From the NCBI GenBank assembly GCA_022451235.1, contig JAKUOA010000007.1, positions 16,188 through 80,187 on the forward strand: a stretch of DNA of 64,000 bases, given 5' to 3'. Both the position numbers and the translations under genes were made by a program. The stretch is from Candidatus Thalassarchaeum sp. Its GTDB lineage: Archaea > Thermoplasmatota > Poseidoniia > Poseidoniales > Thalassarchaeaceae. The notes under the pieces were generated by a model that searched no databases, was not told the origin of the DNA, and saw nothing but the letters and a program-made list of their open reading frames with translations. Positions 7,684 through 16,185 of this stretch are shown here, in pieces (positions within the stretch are counted from its first letter, which is position 1; each line of letters begins with the position of its first letter).

Positions 7684-8637
7684 TCATGTTGAGCGAATGT
7701 TATCGACGAACTTGTGAACGCCACTTGCTACATCGATGACCTCTGATTGAACTGAAAATCGACCATCTGACAATTCTTCAACTCCGAAGGTTCTACCTGG
7801 ACAAACTCCAGTTCCAATGAATACTGCATCTTCGCTAGCGCAGAGTTCATTTCTCCTCCAAAGTCTCTCTATATCGCCATCAATCATCGCTTCAGCGCGC
7901 TCCCTATGTCCTTCATTCTTGAACACGAGTCGCCCCTCGAATGGAGCGTCTAAACCTCTCAACGCAGTGGCTGTAATTACTCCCTCAGGGGCAGCCCCAA
8001 TTCCCATTAGCATATCAATTTCCGATTGGGGGTCGGCGGCGTTTAGCGCCGCTGAAACATCTCCATCCCCAATCAATACAACATTCACATTATACTGATT
8101 TAATTCTGAAATTAGTTTCTCATGTCTAGGCCTATCCATTACAACGATATTGAGTTCAGACTCCTTCTTCCCCAAGGCTTCAGCAGCGGCCTCAACATTG
8201 TAGGCGGTCGAAGCATCGAGACTGATTACACCCTCTAACTCAGCGGATCCAGCGATTTTGTTCATGTAACAATCTGGCGCATGAAGTAGAGTTCCCCGTG
8301 GTGCTGCGGCAAGTACTGCCATTGCATTTGGTAAGTCAAGTGCCACGTGATTTGTGCATTCGAGTGGATCAACTGCAATATCTATCGAGGGAGCATCTGG
8401 GTTGCCTTGCATAGACCCTAGTGGCTCTCCAATCCATAGCATGGGAGCATCATCTCGCTCTCCTTCTCCGATAGCAACCCTACCATCGAATGGAACCTGA
8501 TCAAAGATTGCTCTCATGGCTTCTACTGCTGCGCCATCAGCGGCTTTACCGTCTCCCTTACCTCGCCATGCGGCCGCTGCAACAGCAGCGGCTTCGGTCG
8601 CGGCAAGAAAATGACTCTCTAAATCGATGGTCGCCAT
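7684..8637 (-). CDS. glpX: Class II fructose-1,6-bisphosphatase, GlpX type
   Basis: KAADGAAVEAMR, IGEGERDDAPML and later GIGAAPEGVITA, as in GlpX proteins. Confidence 0.9.
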   Translation of the reverse strand: MATIDLESHFLAATEAAAVAAAAWRGKGDGKAADGAAVEAMRAIFDQVPFDGRVAIGEGERDDAPMLWIGEPLGSMQGNPDAPSIDIAVDPLECTNHVALDLPNAMAVLAAAPRGTLLHAPDCYMNKIAGSAELEGVISLDASTAYNVEAAAEALGKKESELNIVVMDRPRHEKLISELNQYNVNVVLIGDGDVSAALNAADPQSEIDMLMGIGAAPEGVITATALRGLDAPFEGRLVFKNEGHRERAEAMIDGDIERLWRRNELCASEDAVFIGTGVCPGRTFGVEELSDGRFSVQSEVIDVASGVHKFVDNIRST

Positions 8638-8662
8638 GAAGACCTCGAATAGTGTTCAGCCT

Positions 8663-9121
8663 TCAATCATGCGGGTCGCCCTTGCTCTTTCTAAGAACCC
8701 TTACTTCGTCTATTTGAGCGGCTGGATATTGACCATCAGCATCTTTTTCCACAGATTTTAGCATGTCCCAAGCACACAACAGGCCAGCATTAACTCCGCA
8801 TAAAGCCTCCATTTCAACACCGGTTGTCCAGTGTGTCCGTACTGAAACAGTACACCTCAGAAATTCATCATCAACGGACCAATCGACTGTGCATCCTTCA
8901 ATTGGTATAGGGTGACAATGAGGGAGAACACGTGGTGTTTCTTTAACAGCTTGAATTACCGCAACTGTAGATGCTTCTCGAACATCTCCTTTTACAGAGC
9001 GACCATTTTTCACAATATCCAAGCTTTCAGATGATAGTCTAAGGACACCTGTAGCAACAGCTTCCCGAGCGATAATTGGTTTTGACCCTACATCGACGAT
9101 TCCAGTGAATGAATCCTCCAT
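8663..9121 (-). CDS. moaC: Cyclic pyranopterin monophosphate synthase accessory protein MoaC
   Basis: VDVGSKPIIAREAVA start, TGVEMEAL and AGLLCAWDMLK; length typical of MoaC. Confidence 0.85.
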   Translation of the reverse strand: MEDSFTGIVDVGSKPIIAREAVATGVLRLSSESLDIVKNGRSVKGDVREASTVAVIQAVKETPRVLPHCHPIPIEGCTVDWSVDDEFLRCTVSVRTHWTTGVEMEALCGVNAGLLCAWDMLKSVEKDADGQYPAAQIDEVRVLRKSKGDPHD

Positions 9122-9200
9122 TCTTCATACCTCAGAAATGCCGAGGGTCTACTACTTATTCAGTAATCCCCTTCGAAAAGATGAACTCGATGTAAAGAAA

Positions 9201-9641
9201 CTAGCCGAGTCCGGACTTCCAAATTTCACCGTCGGCACGGACCTCTTTTTTCCAAAGAGGGGCTTGTGATTTCAACTCTGAAATCAGCCATGAACAAGCT
9301 TCGAATCCTTCTGTACGATGAGGACTACCGACGTGAATGCAAACTATCGGCTCCTGTGGGTGTACAGCTCCGGTCCGATGAGCCATCACCACTGAATGAA
9401 CCGAGAATTTTTCCACAGCCTCCAGTCCAAGTCGTTGGAGAACGGAGGGGAGCATCTCTTCCCATGCGTCGAATTCTAATTTTTCAACTTCTACTCCGTC
9501 TTCTAGCCCTCTAGTTAATCCAACAAATGTAACTACGCTTCCACAACCTTCGGTGTCAATTTGATTGCGAAGTGCTTCAGGATTGAGTGCATCCTCTTCC
9601 ACTCGCACCACTACCCGGGCCATACATCGCCATGCACTCAT
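9201..9641 (-). CDS. moaE: Molybdopterin synthase catalytic subunit MoaE
   Basis: CGSVVTFVGLTR, VMAHRTGAV, IHVGSPHR and APLWKKE motifs. The start could instead be the Met at 9623. Confidence 0.8.
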   Translation of the reverse strand: MSAWRCMARVVVRVEEDALNPEALRNQIDTEGCGSVVTFVGLTRGLEDGVEVEKLEFDAWEEMLPSVLQRLGLEAVEKFSVHSVVMAHRTGAVHPQEPIVCIHVGSPHRTEGFEACSWLISELKSQAPLWKKEVRADGEIWKSGLG

Positions 9642-9704
9642 AGTGCTTCAATGCCTCGACTTAGCGAGGAACCATTCAAAACACGACATCTGAGTGGGTA
9701 AATT

Positions 9705-10928
9705 GTGTCTGGACGCGTGGACATTCTAGGAGCGGGCCTTTCGGGACTCTCGGCTGCTACTATACTTGCACGCAATGGTTACGATGTCCACGTACATGAG
9801 GTTCGTAAGGACTCTGGTGCTAGATTTGATGGAGATTTTCAGGGTATTGAGAATTGGACAAGTGATGTCGATTTTTTTGAGGAAATGCGTCAATGGGGGT
9901 TAAATCCTGACGAGTTCAAATCTGATGCATTTAGTATTGTGGATCTAATTCATCCAGATGATGAAATAACCAATCCGATTACAGACGGAGTTGCGTTCAG
10001 AGTAGTAGAAAGAGGAACTGATGAACATTGTATTGATCAAGGATTCAAGAGAATGGCACTTGATGCAGGGGCAACTATCCACTATGGTACAAGAAAAGAA
10101 CCAAACGAGTGTCAAATTATAGCGGCCGGGCCTAAGGATTCAAGCGCAGTTGCATTTGGAGAAATTTTCCATACAGATCATGAAAATATCGTCGCATTCC
10201 AACTTAACGACAAGTTAGCACCCGGGGCATATTCTTACCTGATTATCATCGATGGAATTGGATTAATTTGCACCTGTCTTTGGAGACAACAAAAGAAGTC
10301 TGGTAGGTATCTGAACGAAACCATCGCTTGGTACGAGGAGCATTACGAACTGAACAGGAAACCAATCAAGAGAGTGGGAGGTAAAGGTGACTTTTCTATT
10401 CCCGATCGGTACATTCACGATGGTCGCCATTACGTTGGTGAAGCCGGTGGTTTACAGGACTTCATGTGGGGCTTCGGTATGCGCTACGCCATCACTAGTG
10501 GAGTATACGCTGCACACTCCATAATGGGTCAAAGTGACTATGAGAAAAAGGTCCGTAATCACCTAGTACCATTGATTAAGGTGAGCGCAATAAATCGGTT
10601 CTTGATGAATCGTTTAGGCGATCGAGGATTCAAGATGGTTGCAAATTACTGGATGCGGCATCAAGCCCGGAAGGGAGATGGCCTAGAATTCATGAAGTGG
10701 GTTTACCAACCGGGGATTTTTAGAAAAGCGCTTTGGCCTGTTGTTCGCCTAGGGATGTTAAGGAGAAAAAGGATGGATGATGGCAGAACAGTATCAAGGA
10801 TGCCGTTCAGAAAATCTCTCTCTAGAGATGTTTGGGAACCTACAGTTCGGGCTGAAGAAATCGGACAACAATGGAAGCAAATTCAAAGAGGCGGGGGCGC
10901 CATTTCATTCAGCGAATCTGATGATTGA
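9705..10928 (+). CDS. FAD-dependent oxidoreductase (geranylgeranyl-reductase-like fold)
   Basis: GTG start. Rossmann dinucleotide motif DILGAGLSGLSAATILARNGYDVHVHE, and a distal GEAGG...G.G...A..SG motif. Confidence 0.75.
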   Translation: MSGRVDILGAGLSGLSAATILARNGYDVHVHEVRKDSGARFDGDFQGIENWTSDVDFFEEMRQWGLNPDEFKSDAFSIVDLIHPDDEITNPITDGVAFRVVERGTDEHCIDQGFKRMALDAGATIHYGTRKEPNECQIIAAGPKDSSAVAFGEIFHTDHENIVAFQLNDKLAPGAYSYLIIIDGIGLICTCLWRQQKKSGRYLNETIAWYEEHYELNRKPIKRVGGKGDFSIPDRYIHDGRHYVGEAGGLQDFMWGFGMRYAITSGVYAAHSIMGQSDYEKKVRNHLVPLIKVSAINRFLMNRLGDRGFKMVANYWMRHQARKGDGLEFMKWVYQPGIFRKALWPVVRLGMLRRKRMDDGRTVSRMPFRKSLSRDVWEPTVRAEEIGQQWKQIQRGGGAISFSESDD

Positions 10929-10992
10929 GGGTGAATTTTTACCACTGCCATTCAGCCGTTTGATTCATATCTCGACCTACGGTCGCCAAGTT

Positions 10993-11850
10993 ATGACGTC
11001 ATGGCCAGACCTAGAGCCAATGCCCAACCGCCTAGTGAACTACGGAGTAACTGACAACGGTATCGCAATCATCGAACTTGCGTCGAACTCCGCTGGTGCT
11101 CCCCTAGAAGGAGACGAAGTAGGACCGAACACCTACACTCATGAAATGATGAGAGATATCGACACCGCCGTCGTAAAGGCTCGATTCAATGATGATGTTA
11201 GCGTGATTCTAATCACCGGTAATGGACACAAGTTCTTCTCGGCCGGAGCATCAATTCAGATGCTAAACTCGGTTACTCCTGGATTCAAGTACAATTTTTG
11301 CCTTCATGCAAATGAAACTCTAAGCCGGCTTGAACAGACTCCAAAGTTGGTAATTTGTGCTATCAATGGGCACGCAGTAGGTGGAGGATTAGAGATTGCA
11401 ATGGCTTGCGACATTAGAATAGCAAGAAAGGATAGTGGAAAGTGTGGACTTCCTGAAATCAATCTCGGTGTTTTAGCAGGTACTGGAGGTACGGCTAGAC
11501 TATCACGAATTATAGGTAAATCAAGAGCTCTTGAATACATGGTCAGTGGAGAATTAATGGCATTTGAGAAGGCTAAGGAAATGGATCTCATCAACGATGT
11601 TTGGGATGGTTCTCTTGACGAATTCCGCCAAGATGTCCTAGACTACGCAGGACAGTTCACTCTGCCATACAAGGCCACCTTAGCGGTTGGAAACATCAAG
11701 CGCTCGGTTCAATCTGGACCTGAGATGCCTTTCGAATACCACCTCGCGCTCGAGAGAGAGTTACAAGCAGCCCTCTTCAACAGTGATGATGCGAAGGAAG
11801 GAATAGCGGCTTACGTTGACCGCCGAACTCCTCGCTTCGAAGGAAAGTGA
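10993..11850 (+). CDS. Enoyl-CoA hydratase/isomerase (crotonase) family protein
   Basis: GIAIIELA, FFSAGASI, INGHAVGGGLEIAMACDIRIA and GLPEINLGV. The ORF-track start 10777 overlaps the previous gene. An alternative ATG at 10921 overlaps its stop by 8 nt. Confidence 0.85.
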   Translation: MTSWPDLEPMPNRLVNYGVTDNGIAIIELASNSAGAPLEGDEVGPNTYTHEMMRDIDTAVVKARFNDDVSVILITGNGHKFFSAGASIQMLNSVTPGFKYNFCLHANETLSRLEQTPKLVICAINGHAVGGGLEIAMACDIRIARKDSGKCGLPEINLGVLAGTGGTARLSRIIGKSRALEYMVSGELMAFEKAKEMDLINDVWDGSLDEFRQDVLDYAGQFTLPYKATLAVGNIKRSVQSGPEMPFEYHLALERELQAALFNSDDAKEGIAAYVDRRTPRFEGK

Positions 11851-11923
11851 ACTTGTCTTTCAGTAATCTAAGACTACGTCTTAGAAGCAGTCATTGATAT
11901 ACAGGTTGCCTTTGGCCTTAGAC

Positions 11924-13066
11924 ATGAGCGAGACAGAGATTGTTCAGGACTACTCTCCAAATTTTGAAGCCTGGATTAGCGATTTCCAAGAATGGCAGAC
12001 TCGAATTGGCTTCGACCCATCGTGGTTGGGGGATTACAGATTCGATATCAAATTCGATTGGGACACCGCAGGAAGCAGCATCGAATTCGGAGATTTTGAA
12101 GGTATGCCAAAGTGGCAAAGAAGAATGCAAATCCCTCAGCAAAACATCAGAGATGCAATCATCTCTATGGTGAGTGTTCAGGGAGATACCGAGTTTGCTA
12201 GTGTGGAACAACAAAACCACCTGCTAGATACAGCACCAACTGAGTATGACAAAAAGTCTGCTCTGAGAATCATGTGCGAAGAGCAGAGGCATGGTTGGCA
12301 AATGGCATATCTCCTCTGTACTTACTTTGGAGAACATGGCGTCAGAGAGGCTGCAAAGTTGCTTGAGAGAAATGCCCAGGAAGGAACCAGAATCCTCGGT
12401 TCATTCAATGCACCTATCGACCATTGGCTTGATTTCTTCTGCTTTACTCACTTTATCGACCGCGATGGAAAGTTCCAACTGAAGATGCTCAGCACCTCTT
12501 CCTTCCAACCATTGGCCGCATCTATGGGACCTATGCTCAAGGAGGAATCATTCCACCTTGGAACCGGAGCCAATGGACTACGAAGGATTGTCAAGCAAGG
12601 AGTAATTCCATGTGCACTCTTACAGAAATACATCAACAAGTGGGTCAGTACAGGTTTGGACCTGTTTGGAACTGACGATTCGAGCAGCGCTCAGTGGGCC
12701 TATGTATACGGAATAAAGGGACGATACGACGAAAGAGAATCAGAAGACGATGCCGATCGAGCTCATCTCAACGAGGCAAGCCGAGAAATATACTTCCAAG
12801 AATTGAGAGATGAGATGCGACGTATCTCAAAGGCTCGAAAAGATGGCGAGCCTGAGTTGACAATTCCATCAGATAAATTCAACCGTGGAATTGGAAAATA
12901 TGCAGGAAAGAAATACACTCTCGAAGGCGAAGAATTCGAAGGCAGCGATGCTGATTGGGATGCTTACCTAATAGATGTACTACCGACCGATGAAGACGAA
13001 GACCGTCTGATGAATGAATACATGCAACAAGAATGGATTCAATACCGCGAGTGGAAGGGCGACTGA
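11924..13066 (+). CDS. Di-iron carboxylate acyl-CoA oxygenase, PaaA/BoxB family (BoxB-like)
   Basis: Two E...ExxH di-iron motifs (MCEEQRHGW and LKEESFHLG). The strings QGDTEFASVEQQ and IDRDGKFQL match, from memory, bacterial benzoyl-CoA oxygenase component B. The ORF-track TTG start at 11894 was trimmed to ATG. Confidence 0.7.
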   Translation: MSETEIVQDYSPNFEAWISDFQEWQTRIGFDPSWLGDYRFDIKFDWDTAGSSIEFGDFEGMPKWQRRMQIPQQNIRDAIISMVSVQGDTEFASVEQQNHLLDTAPTEYDKKSALRIMCEEQRHGWQMAYLLCTYFGEHGVREAAKLLERNAQEGTRILGSFNAPIDHWLDFFCFTHFIDRDGKFQLKMLSTSSFQPLAASMGPMLKEESFHLGTGANGLRRIVKQGVIPCALLQKYINKWVSTGLDLFGTDDSSSAQWAYVYGIKGRYDERESEDDADRAHLNEASREIYFQELRDEMRRISKARKDGEPELTIPSDKFNRGIGKYAGKKYTLEGEEFEGSDADWDAYLIDVLPTDEDEDRLMNEYMQQEWIQYREWKGD

Positions 13067-13068
13067 AG

Positions 13069-13629
13069 ATGCAACATCTAGCACTACTCGCCTTTGACAA
13101 GGAACGCTGCAAGCCATTCTTTGACAGGCTTACTGAACTATTCCATGAGCACCACCACTCTTCGGAACAAAACCCAGAGAGATACGAAGAATTACTCTAT
13201 CGCATTCACAGACCATATACCAACGACATGCTCGATATGGTAGATGACTGGATGGGTGTAGGCAAGCGGGAATGGAGAGAGGAAACCACTAGAGAAGTCA
13301 AACTAGCAATGTACGCTATTCGATACCCTGATACTCTACTTATCGACTCCTTCACAGAAGGTGCTAGATCAGATATCCGTAGACTCTCAGCATACCTACA
13401 CTTCACCCATCATACCTACGCAATTTGGAATGAAGATACGCGCAAAGGCTTAGCAAAGTTAGGCATTGATATTCCTGCGACTGAAGTAGCTGACCCATTC
13501 ATCTACGGCGCTTACGTCTCTGCGATTGAATTGCTAAAGGACGTAGCACCATTCACCTGCTTCTTAGAGCATGATGTCCCTCGACAACGGCTATTCCAAG
13601 CTGCCCTTGCAGCCTACGGTAGGGAGTGA
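13069..13629 (+). CDS. Hypothetical protein coupled to the oxygenase gene (186 aa, His-rich N-terminus)
   Basis: ATG 2 nt after the oxygenase stop, ending 4 nt before the next start. Predicted helical; no family motif recognised. Confidence 0.6.
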   Translation: MQHLALLAFDKERCKPFFDRLTELFHEHHHSSEQNPERYEELLYRIHRPYTNDMLDMVDDWMGVGKREWREETTREVKLAMYAIRYPDTLLIDSFTEGARSDIRRLSAYLHFTHHTYAIWNEDTRKGLAKLGIDIPATEVADPFIYGAYVSAIELLKDVAPFTCFLEHDVPRQRLFQAALAAYGRE

Positions 13630-13633
13630 TTGG

Positions 13634-14524
13634 ATGGATGTTCGTACCGTCGCCGTAATCGGCGCCGGTACGATGGGCGCAGGAATCGCCCAGGTTTGCG
13701 CCCAAACAGGTTGGCAAACTAGACTCTATGACGCATTTCCTGAAGGACTGGAAAAGGGAATGAATACCATTGATACTTTCTGGGAGAAAGGAATCGCTCG
13801 CGGAAAAACTACTGAGGAACAGAAAGCCAAATGGTCGGCTAACATTACTCAATCTACTGATTTGAAAGAGTCGGTTGACGGCGTTGATTTGGTTATTGAA
13901 GCAGTTCCCGAAAATATGCAATTGAAACAGCAAATCTTCGGTCAATTAGAGGAGATGGCACCGTCTCATGCCCTTCTTGCAACCAACACATCAGGACTAC
14001 CAATTTCTGCTATTGCAGAGTCAACTAATTGTCCAGAAAGAGTAATCGGAATGCATTTCTTTAATCCGGTTCCAATAATGAAACTACTCGAAATTGTTCG
14101 TCATGATTCTTGCTCGGATGACACCATTGCAGCAGCGCAATCAATTGGTTCTGCAATGGGAAAAGAAACTATTCTTGTCAATGACGTACCAGGATTTGCA
14201 ACCAGTAGATTGGGAGTTGTTCTCGGAAATGAAGCAATTAGGATGCTCGCTGATGGAGTAGCATCTGCTAGTGACATTGACACTGCTATGCGGCTAGGTT
14301 ACAGACACCCTATGGGTCCTTTGGAGCTCTCCGACCTAGTCGGTTTGGATGTAAGACGAGATATCCTCAATAGTCTGGCTGATGCATTTGATGATGATTC
14401 ATATCGTCCTCATCGATTACTTGACTCTCTTGTTTCAGAGGGAAGTCTTGGCAAGAAGACTGGAAGAGGAATTTATGATTGGACTGAAGGAGAAAAATCC
14501 GATCGAGAGGATCTCCCATTTTGA
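13634..14524 (+). CDS. 3-hydroxyacyl-CoA dehydrogenase (Hbd/PaaH type)
   Basis: VAVIGAGTMGAGIAQV NAD fold, TNTSGLPIS, HFFNPVP, and the C-terminal GKKTGRGIYDW. Confidence 0.9.
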   Translation: MDVRTVAVIGAGTMGAGIAQVCAQTGWQTRLYDAFPEGLEKGMNTIDTFWEKGIARGKTTEEQKAKWSANITQSTDLKESVDGVDLVIEAVPENMQLKQQIFGQLEEMAPSHALLATNTSGLPISAIAESTNCPERVIGMHFFNPVPIMKLLEIVRHDSCSDDTIAAAQSIGSAMGKETILVNDVPGFATSRLGVVLGNEAIRMLADGVASASDIDTAMRLGYRHPMGPLELSDLVGLDVRRDILNSLADAFDDDSYRPHRLLDSLVSEGSLGKKTGRGIYDWTEGEKSDREDLPF

Positions 14525-14534
14525 TTGATGAGGA

Positions 14535-14807
14535 GTGGATGATCTGATTCCATTCTGGGTAGAAGTAATCGGAATATTTGCAGGATTTCTAGGTGTAATT
14601 GCATGGGTGCCTCAAATCCAAAGAGTATGGTCTGAAAAGAAACACGATGGGATTTCGCTACCAACCTTTACTCTGGTCTCAACGTCACTTATCCTATGGT
14701 TGGTTTATGGAATTGTAATTGGCTCGGTGGCGATGACTCTAGCCAATATTGCCGCATTATGCTGTATTATCACAATCATTGTAGGAGTAGTTAAACTTCG
14801 TAATTGA
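14535..14807 (+). CDS. SemiSWEET / PQ-loop 3-TM transporter
   Basis: 90 aa with three TM segments. WVPQIQRVWSEKKHDGISL (PQ motif), LWLVYGI and LANI align closely with bacterial SemiSWEETs. GTG is the first possible start. Confidence 0.75.
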   Translation: MDDLIPFWVEVIGIFAGFLGVIAWVPQIQRVWSEKKHDGISLPTFTLVSTSLILWLVYGIVIGSVAMTLANIAALCCIITIIVGVVKLRN

Positions 14808-14819
14808 CAATAAATTGGA

Positions 14820-15323
14820 TCAAGAAAACCACGGGTGTTGGCCAAAATAATTCCTAGGTACCGGCTTTCCATTCTGAAGATAATACTCAAATCCAGATAT
14901 TACGGAGTATAGGTAACGACTCAATCTTGGTTTTATCCAAAAAGGAAAAATTGGTAAAAACTTAGAGGTTTTTGCAAGTAAATACGGGAAAACCGTGATT
15001 TTGAGTTTTGTCCTATTCCTTTCAATTTCAAATAATTCCCAAATAACGTAGGATTTTGGTCCATTTTTTTCCCCGATAATTAACTCATAACCTTTCATCG
15101 GTGTCCAAATCAAGAATTCTCGGTAAAATTTTCTGCCGTTCAAGTACTGCAGAACATCATGATGTTGGTCATGCCATTCAATAGTTGAATTGGTTTTACA
15201 AAAAGGATGACAATTTTCTAAGTTCTGAGGTGCCGAAATAACACTCCAAACTTTGTCAATTGGAAATTCTAAGTCCTTAGAATAAGAAACTGATTTCCGT
15301 TTTTTCATTGAAGTATAATTCAT
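14820..15323 (-). CDS. SRPBCC (START/polyketide-cyclase-like) ligand-binding domain protein
   Basis: DKVWSVISAPQNLENCHPF pattern and a length typical of SRPBCC proteins. Confidence 0.55.
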   Translation of the reverse strand: MNYTSMKKRKSVSYSKDLEFPIDKVWSVISAPQNLENCHPFCKTNSTIEWHDQHHDVLQYLNGRKFYREFLIWTPMKGYELIIGEKNGPKSYVIWELFEIERNRTKLKITVFPYLLAKTSKFLPIFPFWIKPRLSRYLYSVISGFEYYLQNGKPVPRNYFGQHPWFS

Positions 15324-15351
15324 TTCAATGCCCTTTTTTTAATCTTCAAAC

Positions 15352-16152
15352 TCATTCTTCCTCTGACTTTATGCCGAATCTGGGTACTCGCTTCTCTAAG
15401 AAAGCGGATACCCCTTCTGCAAAATCTGGAGTCAATGAAGCTGCCGTAATCAAGGCCTTTTCGAATTCAAGTTGAGTCTCCATGAAAGTTGTCGAGGAGG
15501 CATCTAGTAATTGCTTGGTGCCTTGTTTGCTTGTCTCTGCCCAAGAACCCCATTTTGTTGCAATCTCAATGCTTCTGTCCAGAAGTTTTTCTGAGTTTAC
15601 CAATTCATCTACCGCTCCATATTCAAGTGCCTGCTCGCCTGTCCAAACTTCGTTATCGAAGAAAAAACGGCGAGCCCGTTGGTATCCAACCAAGCGTGGA
15701 AGAAGCCAGGTCGAACCTCCATCTGGTGAAATTCCTAATGAGAAGAAGGCTGCTGCAAGTCTTGCTTCTGGAATACATAGACGATAATCAGCACAAAGTG
15801 CGAGACCTAATCCGCCTCCAGCTGCTGACCCATTAATTGCTGCAATAAATACAGTTGGACTACGGCGTAAACGTAATTCAAGAGGGTGTAATACACTGGT
15901 TAATTCGTCAACGAGATTTCCAATTGATCCATCGTCAATTGAATCTGCGAACTCATCAATATCTGCGCCTGTGCAGAAAAATCGAGCCGTTCCAGTCAGA
16001 ACAATTGCCTTACAGGTAGAATCATCCAGTAAACTGCCCAATACATTAGACATTTCATGGATAGAAGCACGGGAGAATGCATTCCTAGCTGCCTCTTCTG
16101 AAAGAGTCACAACGGCTACTCCGCCATCATGACGTTCCACTGTAATTCCCAT
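15352..16152 (-). CDS. Enoyl-CoA hydratase/isomerase family protein
   Basis: GVAVVTLS, FFCTGADI, INGSAAGGGLGLALCADYRL and EGVSAFLEKR. Confidence 0.85.
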   Translation of the reverse strand: MGITVERHDGGVAVVTLSEEAARNAFSRASIHEMSNVLGSLLDDSTCKAIVLTGTARFFCTGADIDEFADSIDDGSIGNLVDELTSVLHPLELRLRRSPTVFIAAINGSAAGGGLGLALCADYRLCIPEARLAAAFFSLGISPDGGSTWLLPRLVGYQRARRFFFDNEVWTGEQALEYGAVDELVNSEKLLDRSIEIATKWGSWAETSKQGTKQLLDASSTTFMETQLEFEKALITAASLTPDFAEGVSAFLEKRVPRFGIKSEEE

Positions 16153-16185
16153 GACTGGGCGGTACCGCCTCTACTTTTGAACTGC

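Noticed and set aside
10777-10992. Over-extended ORF-track starts overlapping upstream genes. Affected starts: 10777, 11894 TTG, 13033, 13571, 16129, 21653 GTG, 38490 GTG, 39156 TTG, 41902 GTG, 47573 GTG, 55410 TTG, 56923 TTG, 59480 GTG, 63971 TTG and 7650 TTG.
   Set aside because: Internal ATG codons give N-termini matching family consensus and remove long overlaps. The extensions have no family similarity.
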